DNA from: a virus
Length of the DNA stretch: 64,000 nt
Strand: one strand, 5' to 3'
Virus record (IMG/VR): IMGVR_UViG_3300029787_000024
Location: 3,809-67,808 of that record
Part shown: in pieces, positions 15,227 to 23,658 of the stretch
Position numbering within the stretch: the stretch's first letter is position 1
Layout: each line of letters begins with the position of its first letter
Program-made: the position numbers and the translations under genes
The notes under the pieces: generated by a model
The model's database searches: none
What the model saw: the letters and a program-made list of their open reading frames with translations, nothing else
What the model was told of the DNA's origin: nothing

Positions 15227-15690
15227 AATTAAAGAAAGAGCAAATGACGGGCAATGAATCAATAGATAGCCTAATAATACTAGCTTGTAACTTAGCTAGA
15301 ATACACCCAGATGATTTACTTAGTTCATCTAGAGTGTCAAGAGTATTTGATGCAAGATGTTGTGTAGGTAAAATACTAAGAGAGTGTTATGATTTAACAC
15401 AAGTGGAGGCTGGAGAAATATTAAAGAGAGACCATGCAACTATTCATTTCTATGAAAAAGAACACGACAATAAAGTTAAGTATAGATATTACTCTACTAT
15501 ATACAATGAGCTTAAGATGTTTGCAAGGAACGAAGGTTATGAGGTAAATGCCACTAAGGTTCAAAACAATGCTAATATAGAAAACCTCAAGATAGAAATA
15601 GCTACACTAAAAGCTAGAAACAGAGAATTAAAAGAGGATTTAAAGAAGGTAGACTCAATTAAGAAAAGTTTATTATCTTTGTCTGTATAA
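15223..15690 (+). CDS. DnaA domain IV-like HTH protein with C-terminal coiled coil
   Basis: LLSSSR...AR...GEILKRDHATI (cf. RDHST). Confidence 0.85.
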   Translation: MKLKKEQMTGNESIDSLIILACNLARIHPDDLLSSSRVSRVFDARCCVGKILRECYDLTQVEAGEILKRDHATIHFYEKEHDNKVKYRYYSTIYNELKMFARNEGYEVNATKVQNNANIENLKIEIATLKARNRELKEDLKKVDSIKKSLLSLSV

Positions 15691-15692
15691 AG

Positions 15693-15760
15693 AGAAAAAG
15701 GAATGCGTAGGTTTCGGATTGATTTCCGTTTAAAACATAATACCGAAGTTCCTTTTTTCT
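15693..15760. terminator. Hairpin between convergent blocks (bidirectional terminator or small RNA)
   Basis: AAAAAGGAA/TTCCTTTTT and TTCGG/CCGAA stems. Confidence 0.6.
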
Positions 15761-17045
15761 ATTCTATAGGGACGTTATAATAAAACTCAGCCTGTAATCC
15801 ATTGTTCTTACTCCATACAAACCCATGAGCCCTTTTAATGTTACCTACATATCCTTTATCATCATGCCACTGGTCAGTTGCACACATACTTCCTAAATGC
15901 CTTACGGTAATTCCACTATACTCTTTAGTAGCACCAATCTTATTATGATGTACTCCATGTAAATGTCCCCTATGTAATTCACAATAATCTACATCACTCC
16001 ACATTTCTTTAAACCTTTGAGGTAGTACTTGAACTGCTTTCTCAGCTTTCATCTTATGACCGTGGTCAAATGCAATTAAGTTTTTACCGTATTTAAAACC
16101 TTTCATTAACGGTCTAGTGTTATCCACCAGAACATTATCATTCTGCTCGTAGAACAACTCTAATGCGTCTCCTAGGTACATTATACATTCCTCATCATGA
16201 TTACCAGGCATTACCACAACGTGTACAGGGCATATAGAAGACAATTCATCTATAACCATAATCATTAACTTACGAGCCCTCTTATACATTTCTATATGAT
16301 GGTCACTATTATACTGAGGAGTTCCTTTAGTCGTTCTTGGAACAGGTTTATCTCCATCAGTATTAAGTAAATCATTACCTACCACAAATAATATCTTATC
16401 AATAGTAAATGATGATGCTCTCATCAACATATGTTCAATAGCTTTCATTAATCTTTCCTCAGCAATATCCATACTATATTCATCACCTATAATACCTATC
16501 TTACCTAGATGTAAATCATATGCTCCAATCTCTAGCAGATGCTCGGTAGTATCTTGTCCATTTATAATCTTATTGTGTTTTGGAGTTCTCTTTGTAAGTT
16601 GACTTAAATCTTCCATTAATGAACGTCTAGTTAATTCTAGATTCTTAAATGGATTTACTTTTTTTAATTTTGCTTTACAACGATACATCGTAATAGTGAC
16701 AGGCTTACGTTCATTATCAAAACCTGTTTGCTCATAAGTTCCTATATCATACCAATCTACCTCCCATTCACTATCATCTACACTAAATGCTTCTAATAAA
16801 TCATCTAGTGACTTTACTCTAGTTGTATCTTCTGCTATTATAAATCTACCTTCTGGACCCTCTTCCATGCTCATACGCTCCTTTTTTTTAGTCCTAGCAT
16901 TAGTATGTGAACCACGTATAGTTCTAGCAAGACTTCTTACTTGTTCATAATTAGTGCCAAACATTGCGGCAGTATTAGCATAGTCTCCATTTTGTTTATC
17001 AGGATTCTCTAGTAAATACTTTTTAACTTCTTCTGATTTCTTCAT
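15759..17045 (-). CDS. Calcineurin-like metallophosphoesterase
   Basis: DLHLG, GNDLLNTD, GNHD, HGH, GHLH. Confidence 0.9.
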   Translation of the reverse strand: MKKSEEVKKYLLENPDKQNGDYANTAAMFGTNYEQVRSLARTIRGSHTNARTKKKERMSMEEGPEGRFIIAEDTTRVKSLDDLLEAFSVDDSEWEVDWYDIGTYEQTGFDNERKPVTITMYRCKAKLKKVNPFKNLELTRRSLMEDLSQLTKRTPKHNKIINGQDTTEHLLEIGAYDLHLGKIGIIGDEYSMDIAEERLMKAIEHMLMRASSFTIDKILFVVGNDLLNTDGDKPVPRTTKGTPQYNSDHHIEMYKRARKLMIMVIDELSSICPVHVVVMPGNHDEECIMYLGDALELFYEQNDNVLVDNTRPLMKGFKYGKNLIAFDHGHKMKAEKAVQVLPQRFKEMWSDVDYCELHRGHLHGVHHNKIGATKEYSGITVRHLGSMCATDQWHDDKGYVGNIKRAHGFVWSKNNGLQAEFYYNVPIE

Positions 17046-17460
17046 AATCTGGGATTGTTGTTTCTAAATCACAAAATAACATTATACTTCTTTTGTTTAT
17101 ACCCATCTCATCTACTAAATTATTTATATTAAATCCAGTCTTTAAGTCTTCATAAAAGAAAGATACATCACATATATACATATCTGGGTTTCTAAGAATA
17201 AAGTATTTTATATAAGCCTCCATAGAATCTACTTGCTTATAAGTTCTGTTATCTAAGTTATTTTGTTTTAATGGTTTTATATAGGCAAGCTTTATAATAT
17301 CTTCGTCTTTTTTTTCTGAGGGATTGTCTACGATAGATAAGGAGCCATCTGTATTGATTAAGTCCCACTTGCCTGGTAGATTTCTTAGTTTTGGGTCTAA
17401 ATCTGACTTATTTTCTGTAACAAATACAGCAGTTATAATTAAAAATTTTTTCGGTTTCAT
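17023..17460 (-). CDS. Hypothetical protein
   Basis: ORF track. Confidence 0.7.
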   Translation of the reverse strand: MKPKKFLIITAVFVTENKSDLDPKLRNLPGKWDLINTDGSLSIVDNPSEKKDEDIIKLAYIKPLKQNNLDNRTYKQVDSMEAYIKYFILRNPDMYICDVSFFYEDLKTGFNINNLVDEMGINKRSIMLFCDLETTIPDYEEIRRS

Positions 17461-17542
17461 AATAAAACATTGCCAATATCCTAAAATTTTTTTAAAAAAA
17501 GGTATTATAATATGGGTTTTATTAACAATATAGTGTTAATTA

Positions 17543-17821
17543 CTACTTTTTACCCCTATTTCTAGCCCTATTTCTTTTCTGAGCTTCTAATATAAGGCTA
17601 CCACCACGTGTATGAGACATATCTTTCTTGTCCCCTTTTTTACTTGTTTTACTCTTTTTATTGGCTTTATTTAATGATGCACGGTATTTTTTTCTTTCAG
17701 TTGAACTATGATATTTTTTATCATAAGCTTTCTTTTTGTCCCTAGATTTTTTATTCTTTGCATAAAACTTTGCTGTTCTAGATTTACCTGCACCTTTACC
17801 TGCTAATGAATTTCTTGCCAT
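17543..17821 (-). CDS. Small highly basic protein
   Basis: K/R-rich; D.SH...NRARN degenerate HNH-like tail. Confidence 0.75.
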   Translation of the reverse strand: MARNSLAGKGAGKSRTAKFYAKNKKSRDKKKAYDKKYHSSTERKKYRASLNKANKKSKTSKKGDKKDMSHTRGGSLILEAQKRNRARNRGKK

Positions 17822-17824
17822 GTT

Positions 17825-17947
17825 TTATTTTTTTTTACCCATTTTTTTCATAGACTTAATGTGCCTATCAAGAATTTTTGCTTGTGATAAATGCATTTTA
17901 GATGCTTTTTTTAATTCTTTTACTACTTTTTTTAATTTATTATCCAT
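17825..17947 (-). CDS. Small basic protein (40 aa, not in ORF track)
   Basis: MDNKLKKVVKELKNASKMHLSQAKILDRHIKSMKKMGKKK fills the gap. Confidence 0.65.
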   Translation of the reverse strand: MDNKLKKVVKELKKASKMHLSQAKILDRHIKSMKKMGKKK

Positions 17948-17949
17948 AA

Positions 17950-18105
17950 CTAATCTTTTTGATATTCTAATAAACAACAGATTTTACCTCCATGTTTCAT
18001 TTTTCTTTTTTTAACAGGAACACATTTATCTTTACCCTTTTTAGTTCCCGCATAACGATAACCTTTCCAACATGCTTTTCCATCTATACCTTTTTTCTTT
18101 GCCAT
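17950..18105 (-). CDS. Small basic protein with CWKGY...KC motif
   Basis: Likely start MAKKK at 18105. Confidence 0.7.
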   Translation of the reverse strand: MAKKKGIDGKACWKGYRYAGTKKGKDKCVPVKKRKMKHGGKICCLLEYQKD

Positions 18106-18107
18106 AA

Positions 18108-18410
18108 TTAATCGTGTTGTGTAGGTACAACGCAACCACTAGCGCAGTTCCATTTTCTAAGTGATTTATTTATTCTTGAATTAGGGTCTCTACGTTTTTT
18201 AGAACCTGTTAATTTTTTCTTCATTCCTTTCATCCTAGAACAAAATGATTTTTTTCTAGATTTTCTTTTTCCTTTAGGACTCTTTTCAGTTACGGGTGCA
18301 GCAAGTTTACTACCAGGATTAGCTTTTTTATAAGAAGCTCTTCCTTTAGCATTAAGACCACCAGATTTGTTTTTTCCAGCTTTACGTTGCCATGCAGGTG
18401 ACTTAGCCAT
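18108..18410 (-). CDS. Small basic phage protein
   Basis: AWQRK.GKN..GGLN.KGRAS, SFCSRM, LRKWNC motifs seen in many phages. Confidence 0.8.
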   Translation of the reverse strand: MAKSPAWQRKAGKNKSGGLNAKGRASYKKANPGSKLAAPVTEKSPKGKRKSRKKSFCSRMKGMKKKLTGSKKRRDPNSRINKSLRKWNCASGCVVPTQHD

Positions 18411-18412
18411 AA

Positions 18413-18799
18413 CTATTTATTTTTACCACTTTTTAACTTTTCGATGGACCTTCCTCCGAAGTAGCTCCCCACGATTGTTATCAAAACTAATTGTAACAAA
18501 TCTGTCCATTTTTCTTCAACAACAAAATCTATTGTACCAGCGTCAATAAAGATTAATAACATTGTACATACTAATACAAATATAAGAGTCATAGGCCTTA
18601 CATTCTTACTTAACCAGCTATCTGATTTCATGTCTGCCTTCCATCTATCCGTAACATTCTTTTGCAAATCATTTTCAGAATCAAGAATCATTTTCTTCAT
18701 CTCGTTCTTCAATTGCATCTTTTCCTCCTTAGTTGTTACTACATTGTCTATGATACTCCCAGCATCACCAACAAGTTTATTTAAAATTCCTTTTATCAT
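18413..18799 (-). CDS. Holin (3TM, GTA-holin-like)
   Basis: RW.ADM.SDSWLSKNVRP, TM segments, YFGGRSIEK; next to endolysin. Confidence 0.85.
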   Translation of the reverse strand: MIKGILNKLVGDAGSIIDNVVTTKEEKMQLKNEMKKMILDSENDLQKNVTDRWKADMKSDSWLSKNVRPMTLIFVLVCTMLLIFIDAGTIDFVVEEKWTDLLQLVLITIVGSYFGGRSIEKLKSGKNK

Positions 18800-19266
18800 A
18801 ATCCTTTAAAATTGGTTTTTACTTCTCTATACTTTGTTTTGTTATTAGCATCCTTATAAGCCTCTAATACTTGCTTTCTGTTTTTCTTTTTGTTATAAGA
18901 TATATGAATCCAAGAATAATCAAATTCATTAATCATTTGGTCAAAGTCTAACTCCATTTCTAATATAGTATCAAAAATAACTTTATTATCCATTTCATTA
19001 TCTCTAACGAACTGTATGTCCGCCGCCATTCCCTTTGAATGCTGTGAGCGAGAACTTCCTCCAATAGCACGGTTTAAAGCTGGGCTTCTGTACCCTGAGG
19101 TTACTCTTATAGGCCCTATCTTATCTCTAATAGGCTGTATAACATTGTTTATAAGAAAAGATAAATTAGCTAAATGAACCTCTGTGGGCTTATTACTTAT
19201 ACCTTTTCTAGCCGCAGTTGTGCTATTAACAAATTCTCTTAACATAAAATTTCTGCTCAACCTCAT
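18796..19266 (-). CDS. Endolysin, peptidase M15A
   Basis: SGYRS..LN.AIGG...SQH..G.AAD, WIHISY. Confidence 0.92.
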   Translation of the reverse strand: MRLSRNFMLREFVNSTTAARKGISNKPTEVHLANLSFLINNVIQPIRDKIGPIRVTSGYRSPALNRAIGGSSRSQHSKGMAADIQFVRDNEMDNKVIFDTILEMELDFDQMINEFDYSWIHISYNKKKNRKQVLEAYKDANNKTKYREVKTNFKGL

Positions 19267-19502
19267 ACTTGAATAAATTTAGTGTTTAACTTAATAGTAA
19301 TCTCTGCTCCATTTGAGGTAGATATAGTTTTTTTGTTATTTAATATAGTTGGCTTATTAGTATCTACAGTTATGCGAGGTTTATTGTTTTTTATTTCTAA
19401 ATATGCAGGGGTATTAATAGTTACATTAGTCTTAGTAGGGTGTAAGTTTATAGTAACCTCACCAATATTCGCATTTAATATATTAACTTCTTCATTATAC
19501 AT
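19263..19502 (-). CDS. Hypothetical beta-rich protein
   Basis: Likely start MYNEEV at 19502. Confidence 0.55.
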   Translation of the reverse strand: MYNEEVNILNANIGEVTINLHPTKTNVTINTPAYLEIKNNKPRITVDTNKPTILNNKKTISTSNGAEITIKLNTKFIQV

Positions 19503-19926
19503 CTTGGTTAGCGTATGTGTTAACATCTTTAACAATAAAATCTCCATACAACCACACAGTTTGTTTATTATAAAAATCTGTTGTAGATACATGATATTTG
19601 TATGTTCCCGCTGGAGGAGAAAATTCTTGCATGTTATTAGTAAATTCTATAGTTAACTTGCCATCTTCTACTTCTACCGTAATCGTTTGATTTAAGGGAA
19701 ATGCCGCTACCTGCCCTTCAAATAATACATTAAGAGGAGAGGCGCCTTCAGAATCAAAAAACTTAAAAACACTAGTATCTAATTCAGTAGAATCGTTAGG
19801 GTTACTAGTAAAATCATAATTAGTTCCATCATTATTTTTAATGTTAACTACAAGTTTAAAATGACTACCTCTAATGTGTTTAATCTTAAGCTTTTGTGCT
19901 GGATGTGTAACTACTGTATTTGCCAT
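19495..19926 (-). CDS. Ig-like/BppU-N-like structural protein
   Basis: IRGS.F, YDFT, AGTYKY, WLYG.F.V pattern. Confidence 0.6.
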   Translation of the reverse strand: MANTVVTHPAQKLKIKHIRGSHFKLVVNIKNNDGTNYDFTSNPNDSTELDTSVFKFFDSEGASPLNVLFEGQVAAFPLNQTITVEVEDGKLTIEFTNNMQEFSPPAGTYKYHVSTTDFYNKQTVWLYGDFIVKDVNTYANQDV

Positions 19927-20327
19927 TATTGAAATTTATTTAACGTCAATGTATCCACTGAATTCTGTACTGTTTTTTTACTAGCATCTAATTGGAACAT
20001 TACGTTTGGCTTGAACCTTTCCTTTTCCTCACCATTATCAAAGATGATAACAGTCGGAATGGCAGAGACATCATAAGCCATTTGAATGTCCATATAAGTA
20101 GCAATATCAACTCTATATACCACACAATCCTTTAATTTTATAAGTTCTTTAAATTCATTGTGAGCATTCCATCCTGCCCAAAATTCTACTACTACTATGT
20201 CTTTAGCTATTTTTTTATCAAAATCATTAGAGTTAATAAAGTCTTGCCCAAAAGAAGTTCCACAAATAAACATAAGCATCATCACTAAGATGTATAAATA
20301 TGATGTTATGTCTATTCTGCGAATCAT
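19926..20327 (-). CDS. Exported thioredoxin-fold protein lacking CxxC
   Basis: Signal peptide; VVVEFWAGWNAHN, VSAIPTVIIFDNGEE. Confidence 0.8.
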   Translation of the reverse strand: MIRRIDITSYLYILVMMLMFICGTSFGQDFINSNDFDKKIAKDIVVVEFWAGWNAHNEFKELIKLKDCVVYRVDIATYMDIQMAYDVSAIPTVIIFDNGEEKERFKPNVMFQLDASKKTVQNSVDTLTLNKFQ

Positions 20328-20668
20328 TTTTTAATCTCTTTTATATCTTCCTTAAGTTCATCTAACTCTTTTATTATATTGTCAATTTTCTGTCTAGCCA
20401 TCTCATCCTTCATATTGAACTCCATTCTTGTAGGGGGCCATGTCTGTGAAGCAGCAGGGTCTCCCATATCTATTGTATAAGTACCTGTTCCTGGTTTAGG
20501 TTTTTCTAAAGCATCCTCAACCTTATCTTCTAGTTCAACAAACTTAGAGTTTATACTACCCATTAAACCAAAATAAGCAGATACAACAGTAGCTATACCA
20601 ACGGCAATACCAATAAGTGTTTTAACACTAACCTGAAACTTGCTTTCTTCTGATAGTTCTTTAGCCAT
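20324..20668 (-). CDS. Single-TM protein with coiled coil
   Basis: LIGIAVGIATVVSAYFGL. Confidence 0.75.
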   Translation of the reverse strand: MAKELSEESKFQVSVKTLIGIAVGIATVVSAYFGLMGSINSKFVELEDKVEDALEKPKPGTGTYTIDMGDPAASQTWPPTRMEFNMKDEMARQKIDNIIKELDELKEDIKEIKK

Positions 20669-20931
20669 TAGTCGTGTTGTATTATGCCTCCTTTTTTAAA
20701 CCTATTTACTACACCACCCTTTTTTGCAGACATTTGGCTCAAAGCAAAATCTACCACTTTTTTATCCTTATCCGTATAAATCTCTTTTCCTTTAGGCCCT
20801 TTAACTTTAGTTTTCTTTTTACCTACAGTAAACTCTGTTCCTGGACCGTATTCAGAATGATTCATAACATGAAAATCTTTACCAAATAAGTTTTTTACAA
20901 ACTTTTTTATTTTTTTCTTTCCGTTACCCAT
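20668..20931 (-). CDS. Small basic protein with KKGG repeats
   Basis: AKKGG, FKKGGIIQHD. Confidence 0.7.
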   Translation of the reverse strand: MGNGKKKIKKFVKNLFGKDFHVMNHSEYGPGTEFTVGKKKTKVKGPKGKEIYTDKDKKVVDFALSQMSAKKGGVVNRFKKGGIIQHD

Positions 20932-21167
20932 TATTTTTTACATTCTTTACATTTGTTATTTCCAGCAAACTTTTCTACACCACTAATTCCAAAGCATCCT
21001 AAAACAACCCATACAAATGAGTCATAAACAAATTCGTTAATTACTAAATCTGAACCAGCAGCGCCAGTTACTAAATCAATTATCATTACAATAACCATAA
21101 TTAAAAAAGCTATAAAACCTACTACAGCTTTCTCATTCCAATCATTACTATCTTTAAAAATATTCAT
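20931..21167 (-). CDS. Two-TM membrane protein (holin-like)
   Basis: Two hydrophobic segments; FGISGVEKF. Confidence 0.7.
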   Translation of the reverse strand: MNIFKDSNDWNEKAVVGFIAFLIMVIVMIIDLVTGAAGSDLVINEFVYDSFVWVVLGCFGISGVEKFAGNNKCKECKK

Positions 21168-21168
21168 A

Positions 21169-21906
21169 TTAATCTAATTTATATTTAACTTTACCATTTT
21201 GTATATATATCCCATCAGGCTGTCTTATAGCTTGGCCTAATAGATTATACATTGTATCGTCTAATTTTGATTTATTTAACAACTCAGGTATATTAGATGT
21301 ACAAGGAAGTCCTGTGTCGCAATCTAAATACTCTGTGTTAATTATTTCTACATACTCTATTATAGTATCTGTAGTAAAAAATTCTATATATTCTGTTTCT
21401 ATTTGTACTATTGTATCAAACACAAATACATCTACATATTCTATTACATCTATATACATTGTATCTAACGCCCCTTCCATCCATAACGTGTCTGTAACAA
21501 ATATCTCTTCAAATATAGTTTCATACTCAATTTCTACTATAGTGTCAAAAACTATTTGGGTTATATACTCTGTATTATATATAGTATCTGTTTGGAAAAT
21601 AGTCTCATATATATAAATAGGAACATCTACATAAACTGTATCGCATTCTTCAGCTGGCGGAGCGCATTCCTCAAGCGTTGTAGGTACCGCGTCTTGCTCA
21701 TCTGAAGCATCCACACAATCTTCCCACCCATCATTAAGGTAGTAAAGCCCATTAAAACCATTAGGAACGCAACCATTAGGACTATACTGAGTCCAATTAG
21801 CAGTATCATCTCCACAATAAAATCCACCTTGCTCCACACAGTCTTCGCAGTTCGTTTGACTAAATCCATAACCAAATACAAATAATAATATTAATAACTT
21901 CTTCAT
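21169..21906 (-). CDS. Secreted protein: signal peptide, LDLa-like module, DT-repeat stalk, T9SS-type C-terminal tail
   Basis: FYC..CVP..DGWEDCVDASDE; DT[IV]Y repeats; YNLLGQ...GIYIQNGK. Confidence 0.75.
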   Translation of the reverse strand: MKKLLILLFVFGYGFSQTNCEDCVEQGGFYCGDDTANWTQYSPNGCVPNGFNGLYYLNDGWEDCVDASDEQDAVPTTLEECAPPAEECDTVYVDVPIYIYETIFQTDTIYNTEYITQIVFDTIVEIEYETIFEEIFVTDTLWMEGALDTMYIDVIEYVDVFVFDTIVQIETEYIEFFTTDTIIEYVEIINTEYLDCDTGLPCTSNIPELLNKSKLDDTMYNLLGQAIRQPDGIYIQNGKVKYKLD

Positions 21907-21907
21907 A

Positions 21908-22999
21908 TTACAAAAATAAGTAATTTATTCCAATCTTAAATTCGTAAACAGGTCGCATCCAGAATCTTTGATGAGTTCCTTCAATAAAAAACCCTAGATT
22001 CTTAGAAAACTTAACACCGAATACTAATCCCATGTCCCACTCTATAATGGCTGGTATGCTCTCCTGAGCCCAATCTTCGTCATTATAGTCAAAGCTATAA
22101 TCATCTAGACCAAAATGGTAAGGGAGAACATTCATCCAGCCGTGTAACCACCAATTAGAAGACCATTTGTAATAAGCTGCTCCAACAACAACAGACAGTT
22201 CCTTTTGTAAACCAAGTTTACGTAGTTCACTATCATTAAAATTATCTATAGCATTACCAAAATAGTGCTTCATAAATTCTCCCGTAGTATGAGCAACCTG
22301 TATAGAGTCTCCACTAGATATGTCAAACCAATCATAGTTTACATATCCTGCCTGACTCCATTGTTCACTTACATACCCAAAGTCCTCTGCAATCTCAGAG
22401 AACGGTGTTACAGCTGGGTCCCAAAAATCATATATTGGAAGAAATCCGTATGTAGGGTGCATTCTAAAAGCAGCACCCATTGAGAAATCAAAGTTTCCCA
22501 AGCTTTTTCTCCATCTTATATCAGATAAAACGTACTTTAAATCAAATTTTTGATTATCTACAAATTGCGCCTTAATAAGGTACGAATCACCCAAATAACG
22601 TAAGAAGTAATCCTGATTTATAAACTCATTCCCCCTATCTCGTACTAAAGATAGGTTAGCAAGGTATTCAAAGCCCTTAGCGTTACCTATAGGAGCTTTA
22701 TTTGATATTTGTGACTCAGAACCATCATAAAATGATTTAACCTTGTGTTCGTAATCAAAACGAGCCACCTTACGCAATCCTATAGTATAATTATAATCAA
22801 AAGGATTAACCTGTGTTATATCTATTAACTCTTTATCTTCTATCTTAAACATTCCATCTTCTAATGTAGAAGAGCCTGTAGAGCTTGATACATAAAACGT
22901 AGAATATTTAAAAAAGTTCTTAATCTCTTGAGAACAACATTTTTTTGGAGTAGCACAAGATATTAATAGAACTACTATTAGTATTAGTATCTTTCTCAT
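21908..22999 (-). CDS. Putative outer-membrane beta-barrel protein
   Basis: Signal peptide; amphipathic aromatic strands; C-terminal FKIGINYLFL. Confidence 0.7.
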   Translation of the reverse strand: MRKILILIVVLLISCATPKKCCSQEIKNFFKYSTFYVSSSTGSSTLEDGMFKIEDKELIDITQVNPFDYNYTIGLRKVARFDYEHKVKSFYDGSESQISNKAPIGNAKGFEYLANLSLVRDRGNEFINQDYFLRYLGDSYLIKAQFVDNQKFDLKYVLSDIRWRKSLGNFDFSMGAAFRMHPTYGFLPIYDFWDPAVTPFSEIAEDFGYVSEQWSQAGYVNYDWFDISSGDSIQVAHTTGEFMKHYFGNAIDNFNDSELRKLGLQKELSVVVGAAYYKWSSNWWLHGWMNVLPYHFGLDDYSFDYNDEDWAQESIPAIIEWDMGLVFGVKFSKNLGFFIEGTHQRFWMRPVYEFKIGINYLFL

Positions 23000-23643
23000 T
23001 ATTGCATGTCTTTTAAACCTCTATAAGGAACTCCCTTTAAGTGACATATAGCAACATCAGCACTACTTATAGTAGCATGCTTCCATCTTCCCTCTATAGT
23101 TATACCAGCTTCTATATCTCCCGCTATAGCCGTTCCAGCACTTCCGTCTGTAGCTCCATAATAAGAGACCTCATATCCATCATCAAAAGATGTTGCGCCA
23201 TCAGCTTGTATTGTTCTTGGAAATCTATTTTCCGCAGGAATTAAATCAGTTAAAGTACCTGCTTTTATTATTTGTATAGCAGCTATTTCAAATTTAGGTA
23301 AGTCTTTAATTATATGAGAGTTATCTGCTCCAGATATTTTAGCTCCTTTAGTTAATGTTATTGTAGCATCTAAATCACTACCAGCAGAAGTACCACTATT
23401 TACAGAAACGCTACTAACAGTTCCTATATGCTTTATTCTACCACTTCCTGTCGCCTCACATCCATAAACCTCATCTCCAGCTACAAAATCAGCTGTTCCT
23501 CCATCGTAAGTTAATGTCGTGCTTCCTGCAGTATAAGCTCCATCAGCTAATCCTATTTTACCCGTTAAATCTAGTGAGCTAGTTGCTGATGCGGCATATA
23601 GATGAACTTGACCATCATATAAACTTGTTTTATTACTTGGCAT
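22999..23643 (-). CDS. Virion fibre/spike-like protein, paralog of 23659..24252
   Basis: NKTSLYDG, PKFEI, IEGRWK, AICHL; G/A/T/S-rich. Confidence 0.7.
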   Translation of the reverse strand: MPSNKTSLYDGQVHLYAASATSSLDLTGKIGLADGAYTAGSTTLTYDGGTADFVAGDEVYGCEATGSGRIKHIGTVSSVSVNSGTSAGSDLDATITLTKGAKISGADNSHIIKDLPKFEIAAIQIIKAGTLTDLIPAENRFPRTIQADGATSFDDGYEVSYYGATDGSAGTAIAGDIEAGITIEGRWKHATISSADVAICHLKGVPYRGLKDMQ

Positions 23644-23658
23644 AATTTTATTTTTTTA

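Noticed and set aside
16768-22234. Extra TCACTATCAT (16768, ~22227) and TGCTGTTC (17771) copies
   Set aside because: Inside minus-strand CDSs and explained by codons; the TGCTGTTC copy lacks the CA..GT half
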